Assembly: GCA_964348015.1 (NCBI GenBank)
Contig: CAYGBC010000050.1
Location: 167,154 to 231,153, forward strand
Length of the DNA: 64,000 bases
Direction: 5' to 3'
Source: an uncultured Eubacteriales bacterium
GTDB taxonomy: Bacteria; Acidobacteriota; Aminicenantia; Aminicenantales; Aminicenantaceae
The position numbers and the translations under genes were made by a program. The notes below the pieces were generated by a model that ran no database searches, had not been told where the DNA came from, and was given only the letters and a program-made list of their open reading frames with translations. Below, piece by piece: positions 55,790 to 64,000 of this stretch; the stretch's first letter is position 1, and every line of letters starts with the position of its first letter.

Positions 55790-58324
55790 ATGTTGAATTC
55801 CTATTTTAAACACGAAACCGAGCGCCAGAAGCAGGGAATACCACCGCTGCCGTTAAGCCCAGAGTTGACTGCGGAAGTCTGTCAGCTTTTAGAGAAGCCC
55901 CCCAAAGGGAAACAGAAAGCTCTTCTCAGCCTTTTAGAGAACCGCGTGGCGCCAGGTGTGGACCCGGCCGCACAGGTCAAAGCCGCGTGGCTGGCCAAGA
56001 TTGCTCAAGAAAAGGCGTCTTCCCCTGCTGTGTCACGGGAAAAAGCGGTGTTTTTGCTGGGCACGATGTTGGGGGGATACAACGTGGAGGCATTGATCGG
56101 GCTTTTGGGAGATAAGGAGATGGCTGGCGAAGCTGTAAAGGCTCTGAAACAGATCATCCTTGTCTACAGTGCGTTTGATGAGATCGCTGAGATGGCGAGA
56201 AACAACTCTTGTGCAAAAGATGTGTTGACATCCTGGGCCAATGGCGAATGGTTTCTCTCGAAGCCGACTTTTCCTGAAAAGTTATCCGTGAGGGCATTCA
56301 AGGTCGAAGGTGAAGTGAACACGGATGATCTGTCGCCTGCGAAATATGCCTGGAGCCGACCGGATATTCCTCTTCATGCTTTATCGATGGGAGAGACGCG
56401 GTTTCCCGGAGGGATTGAGACCATCCGTCAATTCAGGAAGGAATCTCCTGTGGCCTTTGTCGCAGATGTGGTCGGGACCGGTTCATCGAGAAAATCTGCC
56501 ACAAATTCACTTCTCTGGCATATCGGAGAGGACATCCCTTATGTTCCGAACAAGCGGAGAGGAGGAGTTGTCCTGGGCGGACTTATCGCACCGATTTTTT
56601 TCAATACGGTTGAGGATTCAGGAGGACTTCCCTTGCTGTGTGATGTGACCAAGATAAAAACCGGTGACATTATTACGATCGATGCTGAATCCGGGAACAT
56701 TCTGAATGAGAGCGGAGAGACGGTCTCTTCTTTCGAATTTCAGCCGCTGACTCTTAAGGATGAGTTCCGGGCTGGAGGGCGTCTTTTTCTGATAATCGGA
56801 CGTTCGTTGACAGAAAAAGCCCGCAAGGTGCTCGGGATGCCTGAGGCAGACTTTTTCACGAAACTGGAAAATCCTGCACCGAAGAAAGGACAGGGGTACT
56901 CTCTGGCACAGAAAATTGTGGGACGCGCTTGCGGAAAGAAAGGAATCCTTCCCGGTTCAGCGGTGGAACCGAAGATGACGACTGTGGCTTCTCAGGATAC
57001 GACAGGTCCGATGACAGCCGATGAATTGAAAGAACTGGCCTGTATGGAATTTCAGGCGGGCCTTTTTATGCAGTCGTTTTGTCATACGGCAGCGTATCCG
57101 AAGCTCTCAGATGTTCAAATGCATAAATCTCTTTCCCGGTTCATCACCGAACGGAAGGGGGTGGCCTTTAGACCCGGAGACGGGATCCTGCATTCCTGGT
57201 TGAACCGACTATTGATCCCGGACACCATGGGTACAGGTGGGGATTCTCACACACGTTTCCCGATCGGGCTCAGTTTCCCGGCAGGCTCCGGGCTTGTCGC
57301 TTTTGCGGGCACTCTTGGTTTCATGCCTCTGGACATGCCGGAATCAGTCCTCGTGAAATTTAAAGGGAAGATCAATCCGGGAATTACTCTCAGGGACGTT
57401 GTGAATGCCATCCCTTATTTCGCCATTGAAAAAGGGTTGCTGACAGTCGAGAAAGAGGGAAAAAAGAATGTCTTCAACGGTCGAATACTCGAAATGGAAG
57501 GGCTTCCCAACCTGGAGGTGGAACAGGCATTCGAGTTGACAGATGCAACGGCGGAACGTTCTGCCGCAGGAGGAACCATTGCTCTCAATTCAGAGAGCGC
57601 AGCCCGATTTTTGCGCAGCAATATCGCTTTGATGGAAAAGTTGATAGAGGACGGGTATCAGGATGCCACAACTTTAGCGAAAAGGATTGAAGCCTGCAGA
57701 AACTGGATTGAAAATCCTGCGCTCATGAACAGAGACGCGAATGCCGAATACGCCGCAGTCCTTGAAATTGACCTGGCTGCGATTCAAGAGCCGATTCTGG
57801 CTTGCCCGAATGATCCAGATGATGTGAAACTCCTTTCTGAGGTGGCGGGTGATAGTATCGATGAAATCTTCATCGGCTCCTGCATGACCAACATCGGGCA
57901 TTTCAGAGCGGCGGGAAAGATTTTTGAAGGAGCCGGGTACTTGGATACACGGATTTGGCTGACTCCTCCGACCAAGATGGACAGGACTCAACTGATGAGA
58001 GAAGGATATTATTCCATTTTCACCGGCGTGGGCGCGCGGACAGAGATCTCCGGGTGTTCCCTGTGTATGGGAAATCAAGCCAGAGTTTATCCCGGAGCGA
58101 ATGTCATCTCGACTTCCACCCGAAACTTCGATAACCGAATGGGAGATGGCGCGCGTGTCTATCTGGGATCCGCAGAGCTGGCGGCGGTGGCCGCGCTTTC
58201 CGGCAAGCTGCCGACGTCAGAAGAATACTTTGCCATCATGAAAGAGAAGATCATACCGAATCGGAATGAGATCTACAGGTATCTCCAGTTTGATGAGATG
58301 GAAGATCTCTCTCTGGAGTACTGA
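55790..58324 (+). CDS. acnB: Aconitate hydratase B (bifunctional aconitase 2 / 2-methylisocitrate dehydratase)
   Basis: 844 aa. It is collinear with E. coli AcnB from the N-terminal HEAT-like domain ([21 protein letters not shown]) through the swivel and catalytic domains. [40 protein letters not shown] and [15 protein letters not shown] are present. Confidence 0.95.
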   Translation: MLNSYFKHETERQKQGIPPLPLSPELTAEVCQLLEKPPKGKQKALLSLLENRVAPGVDPAAQVKAAWLAKIAQEKASSPAVSREKAVFLLGTMLGGYNVEALIGLLGDKEMAGEAVKALKQIILVYSAFDEIAEMARNNSCAKDVLTSWANGEWFLSKPTFPEKLSVRAFKVEGEVNTDDLSPAKYAWSRPDIPLHALSMGETRFPGGIETIRQFRKESPVAFVADVVGTGSSRKSATNSLLWHIGEDIPYVPNKRRGGVVLGGLIAPIFFNTVEDSGGLPLLCDVTKIKTGDIITIDAESGNILNESGETVSSFEFQPLTLKDEFRAGGRLFLIIGRSLTEKARKVLGMPEADFFTKLENPAPKKGQGYSLAQKIVGRACGKKGILPGSAVEPKMTTVASQDTTGPMTADELKELACMEFQAGLFMQSFCHTAAYPKLSDVQMHKSLSRFITERKGVAFRPGDGILHSWLNRLLIPDTMGTGGDSHTRFPIGLSFPAGSGLVAFAGTLGFMPLDMPESVLVKFKGKINPGITLRDVVNAIPYFAIEKGLLTVEKEGKKNVFNGRILEMEGLPNLEVEQAFELTDATAERSAAGGTIALNSESAARFLRSNIALMEKLIEDGYQDATTLAKRIEACRNWIENPALMNRDANAEYAAVLEIDLAAIQEPILACPNDPDDVKLLSEVAGDSIDEIFIGSCMTNIGHFRAAGKIFEGAGYLDTRIWLTPPTKMDRTQLMREGYYSIFTGVGARTEISGCSLCMGNQARVYPGANVISTSTRNFDNRMGDGARVYLGSAELAAVAALSGKLPTSEEYFAIMKEKIIPNRNEIYRYLQFDEMEDLSLEY

Positions 58325-58368
58325 ACACTGCGCAATATGCAGCGCGAGCTTTTCTCGGAGGAAGTCCG

Positions 58369-59127
58369 ATGATTGACTTGAACGGTAAAAGAGCTTTGAT
58401 TACAGGAGGCTCCCGGGGAATCGGCCGGGCCACAGCCATTCTGTTTGCCAAAGCGGGATGCGATGTGGCGATAAACTACCTGACCAAAAAAAAGGAGGCC
58501 GAAGAAGTGGGGAAAAAGATCGAACGACTCGGTCAGGAATGTCTCGTGTTCAAGGCAGATGTTTCAAAAAAGAATGAGGTTGAGGCGGTCGTGAGAAACG
58601 TGATCGAAGATTGGGAACAGATAGACGTTTTGGTGAACAATGCAGGCATCTGGACCTACGGAGAAATGGGCAGCATGACAGAGGAAGTCTGGAAAAAAAC
58701 AATGAAAATAAATTTGGATGGAGTCTTTTACGCCTGCAATGCCGTCATTCCATTCATGAAAAAGAAAAAGAGTGGCGGAATCATCAATGTTTCATCCACC
58801 GCGGCAGTCAGAGGAGAGGCTTTTCATTCCCACTATGCCGCCAGTAAAGGGGCCGTTGTCTCTCTGACGAAGTCTCTTGCTGCGGAATTAGCGGCCCATA
58901 ATATCCGCGTCAATTGCGTGGCCCCTGGTTGGGTGGATACGGATATGTGCTCTGAAATTTTCAGTGATCTGGATTATCGGAGAAAGATTCAAGAGTCTAT
59001 CCCTTTGCAAAGAATCCCACCGCCGGAGGACATTGCCGGTCCGATCTTGTTTCTGGCTTCAGATCTGGCGAGGCACATCACAGGAGAAATTCTCAATGTC
59101 AACGGTGGGTCTGTTCTTTGTGCTTGA
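58369..59127 (+). CDS. SDR family oxidoreductase (3-oxoacyl-ACP reductase FabG-like)
   Basis: ALITGGSRGIGRATA is the TGxxxGxG motif, NNAG is present, and YAASKGA is the YxxxK motif. Confidence 0.8.
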   Translation: MIDLNGKRALITGGSRGIGRATAILFAKAGCDVAINYLTKKKEAEEVGKKIERLGQECLVFKADVSKKNEVEAVVRNVIEDWEQIDVLVNNAGIWTYGEMGSMTEEVWKKTMKINLDGVFYACNAVIPFMKKKKSGGIINVSSTAAVRGEAFHSHYAASKGAVVSLTKSLAAELAAHNIRVNCVAPGWVDTDMCSEIFSDLDYRRKIQESIPLQRIPPPEDIAGPILFLASDLARHITGEILNVNGGSVLCA

Positions 59128-59190
59128 AATCGCTTGCGAAATTCTGTTTATTTTGATAATACTAAATGAGGATGTCAGAAGGAGGCCTCC

Positions 59191-59457
59191 ATGGAGGAAG
59201 AAATTGGAAAAATTACCCATTATTTTTCCAAAATAAACGTCGGTGTTCTGGAGTTGTCCAAGGGAGAACTTCATGTCGGCGACACCATTCATATCAAAGG
59301 ACATACCTCTGATTTTTACCAGAAAGTCGAATCCATGCAGGTGGAACACAGTCCAGTAGACACAGCCAAGCCTGGTGAGCCGGTCGGGATTAAGGTCGAA
59401 AGCCCGGTCAGAGAGAATGACGTCATTTTTAAAGTCACAGAAGATCAAGACGCCTGA
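59191..59457 (+). CDS. Small standalone beta-barrel protein resembling EF-Tu domain 2, 88 aa
   Basis: AAGGAGG sits 5 nt upstream of the ATG. LHVGDTIHIKG...GEPVGIKV...NDVIFKV is patterned like the EF-Tu/SelB domain II barrel (GDxVxIxG...GxxVGxxL). Confidence 0.45.
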   Translation: MEEEIGKITHYFSKINVGVLELSKGELHVGDTIHIKGHTSDFYQKVESMQVEHSPVDTAKPGEPVGIKVESPVRENDVIFKVTEDQDA

Positions 59458-59684
59458 GGCGAGAAAAAAGAACTCCTTTCTTCAAGAATAGTTCCTGGAG
59501 TCTTGGAATTATTGATTTTTCAGGGGGAGGAGTCGTCACGAAAATCATGCCCTTTAGAGGTGATGATAAAAGGTGAAAAATCACCCCCTTATATCACCCT
59601 CTCAGGCGATTGACCGCAAGAGTTACCTCTGGCAGGATATGTTGACGCCTGAAGGGAATTCTGCATTCCTGAGGTGAAGAACGC

Positions 59685-61364
59685 TTGAAGAAAAATAATC
59701 CCTCTCAGAATCCCTTGAAACAGGCTTATTCAAGCTGGAAAAAGGTAAGGTTCGATAAAGCCATGAGAAACGCGGCTTGTGATCCTGGCGGATTCACTAC
59801 GGTTTCCGGGAAAAAGATTAAAGAGCTTTACACTCCTCTGGATCTCGATGGTTTTGACTATGCCCAGCATTTAGGTTTTCCCGGAGAATATCCCTACACT
59901 CGAGGCATTCATCCGACTATGTACCGCGGGCGCTTGTGGACCATGCGTCAGTTTTCTGGGTTCGGAGCGGCGGAAGACACGAATAAAAGGTACAAATACC
60001 TTCTTTCCCATGGACAAACAGGCTTGAGCGTCGCTTTTCATCTCCCCACTCTTATGGGAATCGATTCGGATCATCCCCTGGCTGCGGGAGAGATAGGGAA
60101 GTGCGGGGTGGCGATTGATTCTCTTGCAGATATGGAAATACTGTTCAACAGTATCCCTTTAGATAAGATTTCCACTTCGATGACGATCAATCCGCCCGCG
60201 GCTGTGCTGTGGGCCATGTATATCGCCGTGGCTGAAAAGCAGGGCGTCTCTCCGAAGGTCATTTCAGGTACGATTCAAAACGATATTCTCAAGGAATACA
60301 TTGCTCAAAAGACCTTCGTTTTTCCTCCAGAACCGTCAATGAAATTGATCGTGGACACTTTCGAATACGGAGCCAAAGAAGTTCCCAAATGGAATACAAT
60401 CTCTATTTCTGGGTACCACATCCGGGAAGCCGGTTCCACAGCTGTCCAGGAATTGGCCTTCACTCTCAGGGATGGAATCGAGTATGTCGAATGGGCGCTG
60501 CAAAGGGGACTCAATATCGATGAATTTGTTCCCCGGCTGTCCTTCTTTTTTAACGCGCACAATGATTTCTTCGAGGAGATTGCCAAATTCAGGGCCGCAA
60601 GGAAAATTTGGGCGGAGGTGATGAAGGAAAGGTTCAAAGCCAAAGATCCGAGGTCCTGGTGGTTGAGGTTTCACACCCAGACTTCTGGAGTTTCTTTGAT
60701 GGCACAGCAGCCCCAGAATAATGTCATCAGGGTGGCCCTTCAGGCCCTGGCCGCAGTGCTCGGAGGAACCCAATCCCTGCATACCAATTCACTCGATGAA
60801 ACTTACGCCTTGCCCTCGGAGGATGCGGTCACGATCGCTCTGAGAACCCAGCAGATCATCGCCCACGAAAGTGGAGTCGTCAATTCTGCCGATCCCTTGG
60901 GCGGCTCGTATTTTATTGAAACGCTGACAGCCCAGATGGAACAGGAAGCGAAGGACTACATACATAAAATCGACGATATGGGAGGAATGGTGAAAGCCAT
61001 TGAACTCGGCTTCCCTCAGAAGGAGATTGCGGACAGTGCGTATTGGTATCAAAAAGCGGTGGAGAAAAAAGAGAAGATTATCGTTGGAGTGAACGCCTTC
61101 GAAATGGAACACGAACCCATCCCGATCTTAAAAATAGAGGATACTGTCGCCAAACAGCAGCTTGCGCGTTTGAAAAAGATAAAAAAAACCCGGAACAATT
61201 CAGATGTTAAAGCTAAGCTTCTCGACTTGAAAAAAGCGGCCAGGGACGACCAGAATTTGATGCCCTTTCTCCTGGGATGCGTCAAAGCGTATGCCACCCT
61301 TGGGGAAATCATGGACGCTTTAAAAGAAATCTATGGTGAATACAAGGAGCCGATAACTTACTAG
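59685..61364 (+). CDS. Acyl-CoA mutase large (catalytic TIM-barrel) subunit lacking the B12-binding domain (methylmalonyl-/isobutyryl-CoA mutase family)
   Basis: 559 aa. [59 protein letters not shown] is the mutase substrate-binding barrel. The protein ends before the B12 domain. Confidence 0.85.
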   Translation: MKKNNPSQNPLKQAYSSWKKVRFDKAMRNAACDPGGFTTVSGKKIKELYTPLDLDGFDYAQHLGFPGEYPYTRGIHPTMYRGRLWTMRQFSGFGAAEDTNKRYKYLLSHGQTGLSVAFHLPTLMGIDSDHPLAAGEIGKCGVAIDSLADMEILFNSIPLDKISTSMTINPPAAVLWAMYIAVAEKQGVSPKVISGTIQNDILKEYIAQKTFVFPPEPSMKLIVDTFEYGAKEVPKWNTISISGYHIREAGSTAVQELAFTLRDGIEYVEWALQRGLNIDEFVPRLSFFFNAHNDFFEEIAKFRAARKIWAEVMKERFKAKDPRSWWLRFHTQTSGVSLMAQQPQNNVIRVALQALAAVLGGTQSLHTNSLDETYALPSEDAVTIALRTQQIIAHESGVVNSADPLGGSYFIETLTAQMEQEAKDYIHKIDDMGGMVKAIELGFPQKEIADSAYWYQKAVEKKEKIIVGVNAFEMEHEPIPILKIEDTVAKQQLARLKKIKKTRNNSDVKAKLLDLKKAARDDQNLMPFLLGCVKAYATLGEIMDALKEIYGEYKEPITY

Positions 61365-61383
61365 AGAGCGACCGGAGGAGTGC

Positions 61384-61794
61384 ATGGCAGATAAAAAAAT
61401 CAGAGTCCTGGTCGCCAAGCCTGGCTTGGATGGCCATGATCGAGGGGCAAAGGTGATCTGCCGGTCTTTAAGAGATGCGGGGTTTGAGGTGATTTACACA
61501 GGATTGAGGCGGACGCCGGAGGAAATCGTCAGTTCTGCGATCCAGGAGGATGTGGATGTCATCGGCTTGAGTATTCTTTCCGGTGCGCATAACGTTCTTT
61601 TTCCTGAAATCATGGATCTTCTTAAAGAGAAAGGCGCTGAGGATGTCAGTGTGATCGCCGGAGGCATTATACCAGATAAGGATATTCCGGATTTAGAAAA
61701 AATTGGGATATCCAAGATTTTTTTGCCGGGTTCTTCAACGGAAGATATTGTGAAGTGGATCAAGGACAACATTAAGGAGGCTTCGGTCGCTTAG
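61384..61794 (+). CDS. Acyl-CoA mutase small subunit (cobalamin-binding domain)
   Basis: 136 aa. [20 protein letters not shown] contains the canonical DxHxxG B12-binding motif. GLSILSGAH is also present. Confidence 0.85.
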   Translation: MADKKIRVLVAKPGLDGHDRGAKVICRSLRDAGFEVIYTGLRRTPEEIVSSAIQEDVDVIGLSILSGAHNVLFPEIMDLLKEKGAEDVSVIAGGIIPDKDIPDLEKIGISKIFLPGSSTEDIVKWIKDNIKEASVA

Positions 61795-61859
61795 ATACGA
61801 TGAAAGGTATAAATCCCTTGACTTTATTTTTTTGAATATGATATTAAAGGACAAGTCTG

Positions 61860-62756
61860 ATGGCTAAAAAACACTTTTCTCTCATAATCGTCCCTCATCA
61901 CAAGGGGCAATCCAAGAAAATTTCTCTTACAGAAAAGAGGATTAAGATTTTGGTGGGGGTGTTTTCTTTTCTTTTTATACTCCTCACGGTATTTCTCGTG
62001 GATTATTTCACGATGAACGTGACACGACAAAAGTACAGAGCCCTATCAGATGAGAATCTTCGTCAGAAAGAAACCATTGCGCAGTATAAGCTTGCTGTGA
62101 ACAGGTTGAGGCAGGATATTGATAATTTCGAGGAGTATGCCAAGAAGCTCAACGTGTGGGCTGGCCTCCAATCCCCCGAAGTCTTGAGGGAGCTCGGAGT
62201 CGGGGGAGGAGCACGTGGCGAGGGCCAGCAGTCGAGCATGTCGAACGCCACAATCGATCCCGGATTGAGAAGCGCCGAGAGCATCGCGCAGAAAGCTCAA
62301 GGCATTGAGAAGAATCTTGACACTCTGGCTAAGATTCTGGAGGACAGGTCTTACATAAGGGCCACGACTCCCTCTATCTATCCGACCGCAGGATGGATGA
62401 CATCGAGTTTTGGCAAGAGGAAGGATCCGTTCACTGGAGATGAAGAGTTTCATTACGGAGTCGATATTGCCACCAGCCATGGAAGTCCCATAGTGGCCAC
62501 GGCTGACGGGACTGTGATCAAGGTCAAGACCGAAAAAATCGGCGGGAATGTGGTGATCATCAACCATGGAGGAGGAGTGACCACGGTGTACTGCCACCTG
62601 AGTAAATTCAACGTGAAAGTGGGCCAGAAAGTCAAGAGGAGAGATGTGATCGGGTATGTCGGACAGACGGGAAAAGCCATCGGACCCCACGTCCATTACG
62701 AAGTCCAGAAGAACGGAAGAGCAGTGAATCCTTACCACTATATTCTGGAAGAATAA
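61860..62756 (+). CDS. M23 family metallopeptidase with an N-terminal TM and coiled-coil
   Basis: HYGVDIATSHGSPIVATADGTV, GNVVIINHGGGVTTVYCHLS and GQTGKAIGPHVHYEV are the M23 HxxxD and HxH motifs. Confidence 0.85.
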   Translation: MAKKHFSLIIVPHHKGQSKKISLTEKRIKILVGVFSFLFILLTVFLVDYFTMNVTRQKYRALSDENLRQKETIAQYKLAVNRLRQDIDNFEEYAKKLNVWAGLQSPEVLRELGVGGGARGEGQQSSMSNATIDPGLRSAESIAQKAQGIEKNLDTLAKILEDRSYIRATTPSIYPTAGWMTSSFGKRKDPFTGDEEFHYGVDIATSHGSPIVATADGTVIKVKTEKIGGNVVIINHGGGVTTVYCHLSKFNVKVGQKVKRRDVIGYVGQTGKAIGPHVHYEVQKNGRAVNPYHYILEE

Positions 62757-62776
62757 TAAAAAGCTTTAAGGAAGAA

Positions 62777-63712
62777 TTACTCAAACTTCTCCCCAATCTT
62801 AATCTTTCCCCCTAATGAGAATGCATACGCATCCATACTTTTTTTGTTCTCAGGCTGAAGTCTTTCGATCAAGAAGATGCTGTGCTCACCACAACACACC
62901 ATAATCCCTTCCTTCCGGATTTCCAATATCTCCCCAGGAGAAGAAGAGGAAGGGGCCTGGTTTTTCATTTTTTTTCCTTTGTGGATTTTCATCCTTTTTG
63001 CTGCGATAAAGGTAAACGTCGAAGGCCAGGGAGCGAAAGCTCTGATCTGCCTCTCTATATGGATTGCATCCTTTTCCCAGTCGATCCGGCCATCTTCTTT
63101 GCTGAGCTTCGGAGCGTAGGTGGCTTGCGAATGGTCTTGTTTTTGGCGTTTGATCCTGCCCATTTCAGAAATTGTCTTGGCCAGAAGCTCTGCTCCCGCT
63201 TGCGCTAATCGTTCTTCCAGTTCTGCCGCGCTCTCTTCCGGCTCTATCCAGACCTCTTCCTGCATCAGGATATCTCCTTCGTCCATCTTCTCGTTGAGTT
63301 CGAAAATAGTGATGCCTGTCTTTTCCTCTCCGTTGAGGAGAGCCCACTGGACTGGGGAAGCTCCTCTGTAACGCGGCAAGAGGGAGAAATGAACATTCAC
63401 AGAATTGTACTTGGGCAGGTAGATAATCGAGGAGGGGATGATCTGTCCATAAGCGACCACAACGTTCAAATCGGGTTGTATTTTCTCCAGTTTTTCCAGT
63501 GCAGCGGCGTCTTTTCTGATTCGTGCAGGCTGGTAGACAGGAATGTTCTTGTCCACAGCCAGTTTTTTGACAGGACAGGACATGAGTTTTTTCCCTCGCC
63601 CTGTCGGCCTGTCCGGCTGAGTGATGACCAGCTGTATGCGGTGACCCTCATCCAAGATTTTTTCTAACGAGGGGAGAGCCGCGGCAGGGCTTCCAAAGAA
63701 AACAATCTTCAT
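62777..63712 (-). CDS. fmt: Methionyl-tRNA formyltransferase
   Basis: MKIVFFGSPAAALPSLEKIL, and HFSLLPRYRGASPVQWALLNGE is the formyltransferase active-site region. The start overlaps the def stop by 4 nt. Confidence 0.9.
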   Translation of the reverse strand: MKIVFFGSPAAALPSLEKILDEGHRIQLVITQPDRPTGRGKKLMSCPVKKLAVDKNIPVYQPARIRKDAAALEKLEKIQPDLNVVVAYGQIIPSSIIYLPKYNSVNVHFSLLPRYRGASPVQWALLNGEEKTGITIFELNEKMDEGDILMQEEVWIEPEESAAELEERLAQAGAELLAKTISEMGRIKRQKQDHSQATYAPKLSKEDGRIDWEKDAIHIERQIRAFAPWPSTFTFIAAKRMKIHKGKKMKNQAPSSSSPGEILEIRKEGIMVCCGEHSIFLIERLQPENKKSMDAYAFSLGGKIKIGEKFE

Positions 63713-63999
63713 GGAATCTTGCCTGTCTGAGTCCTTTTTTTCAGCTTCTTCCTGATCAGGCTTCTCTTGAGCGGAGATAGATTTTCAAAAAACAATTTCC
63801 CGTTCAAATGGTCGATCTCATGACAGAACACTCTGGCGAGAGTCCCTTCCGCTTCTATGATTTTTTCGTTTCCGTCTAAGTCAAGCCCTTTGACGACAAC
63901 GCGGGATGGACGACTCACTTTCTCGTTAATGTCCGGAACAGATAAACAGCCCTCTTCCAGAATGGCCTCTCCTTCCTGACTGACGAGTTCGGGGTTGAT
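63709..63999 (-). CDS. def: Peptide deformylase, C-terminal part; the N-terminus lies outside the window
   Basis: In-frame translation from 63999 gives ...EGCLSVPD...CHEIDHLNGKLF, the Def motifs 2 and 3. The ORF runs off the window end. Confidence 0.85.
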   Translation of the reverse strand: MNPELVSQEGEAILEEGCLSVPDINEKVSRPSRVVVKGLDLDGNEKIIEAEGTLARVFCHEIDHLNGKLFFENLSPLKRSLIRKKLKKRTQTGKIP

Positions 64000-64000
64000 G

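Noticed and set aside
59458-59684. Possible cobalamin riboswitch upstream of the acyl-CoA mutase genes.
   Set aside because: No B12 box (GCCACUG-like) or conserved cobalamin-riboswitch core is detectable. Only a simple inverted repeat is present.
1-64000. Searched for CRISPR arrays, rRNA, tRNA, integrase or transposase genes, and prophage signatures.
   Set aside because: No regularly spaced direct repeats were found. No GGTTCGANTCC-type T-arm motifs occur in intergenic DNA. No recombinase-like ORFs are present. The only repeats are the three short intergenic elements reported above.

Overview
This 64-kb window looks like chromosomal DNA from a diderm (Gram-negative-type) bacterium, probably an uncultured lineage. 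That inference rests on lgt/lspA lipoprotein processing genes, several TAT and Sec signal peptides, and outer-membrane-type proteins. GC content is roughly 50% by eye. Coding density is high and both strands are used.

The housekeeping backbone consists of:
- A TCA-cycle cluster: acnB on the + strand, then icd, mdh, a class-I fumarase beta subunit, sucC and sucD on the - strand.
- An ileS-lspA-lgt-rluD operon, and def-fmt at the right edge.
- nadC-nadB, an EF-G paralogue, an ADP-forming acetyl-CoA synthetase, and a split acyl-CoA mutase (large subunit plus a 136-aa B12-binding subunit).

Interleaved accessory content:
- An unusually dense set of secreted or membrane peptidases: S9, S15/CocE-NonD, M1, M28, TldD/PmbA, M15 and two M23 genes.
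- A tandem triplet of diverged NPP-type alkaline-phosphatase-superfamily paralogues, followed by a small ribbon-helix-helix protein and a membrane protein.
- A twin ABC-2 transporter unit (ATPase-permease-ATPase-permease).
- Two nitroreductases and a DUF362 TAT-exported protein.
- An opine-dehydrogenase-family gene overlapping a gene with a non-canonical B12-binding-like domain.

The most striking item is the phosphoglycerate mutase gene at 2770..4389, which is a precise circular permutation of cofactor-independent PGM (GpmI): its residues about 215-514 are followed by residues about 8-225 in one ORF. A short interspersed repeat family with inverted termini and hairpins occurs three times in intergenic DNA. 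A textbook sigma70 promoter abuts the nadC start codon, implying a leaderless nadCB mRNA. I found no rRNA, tRNA, CRISPR array, integrase or transposase.
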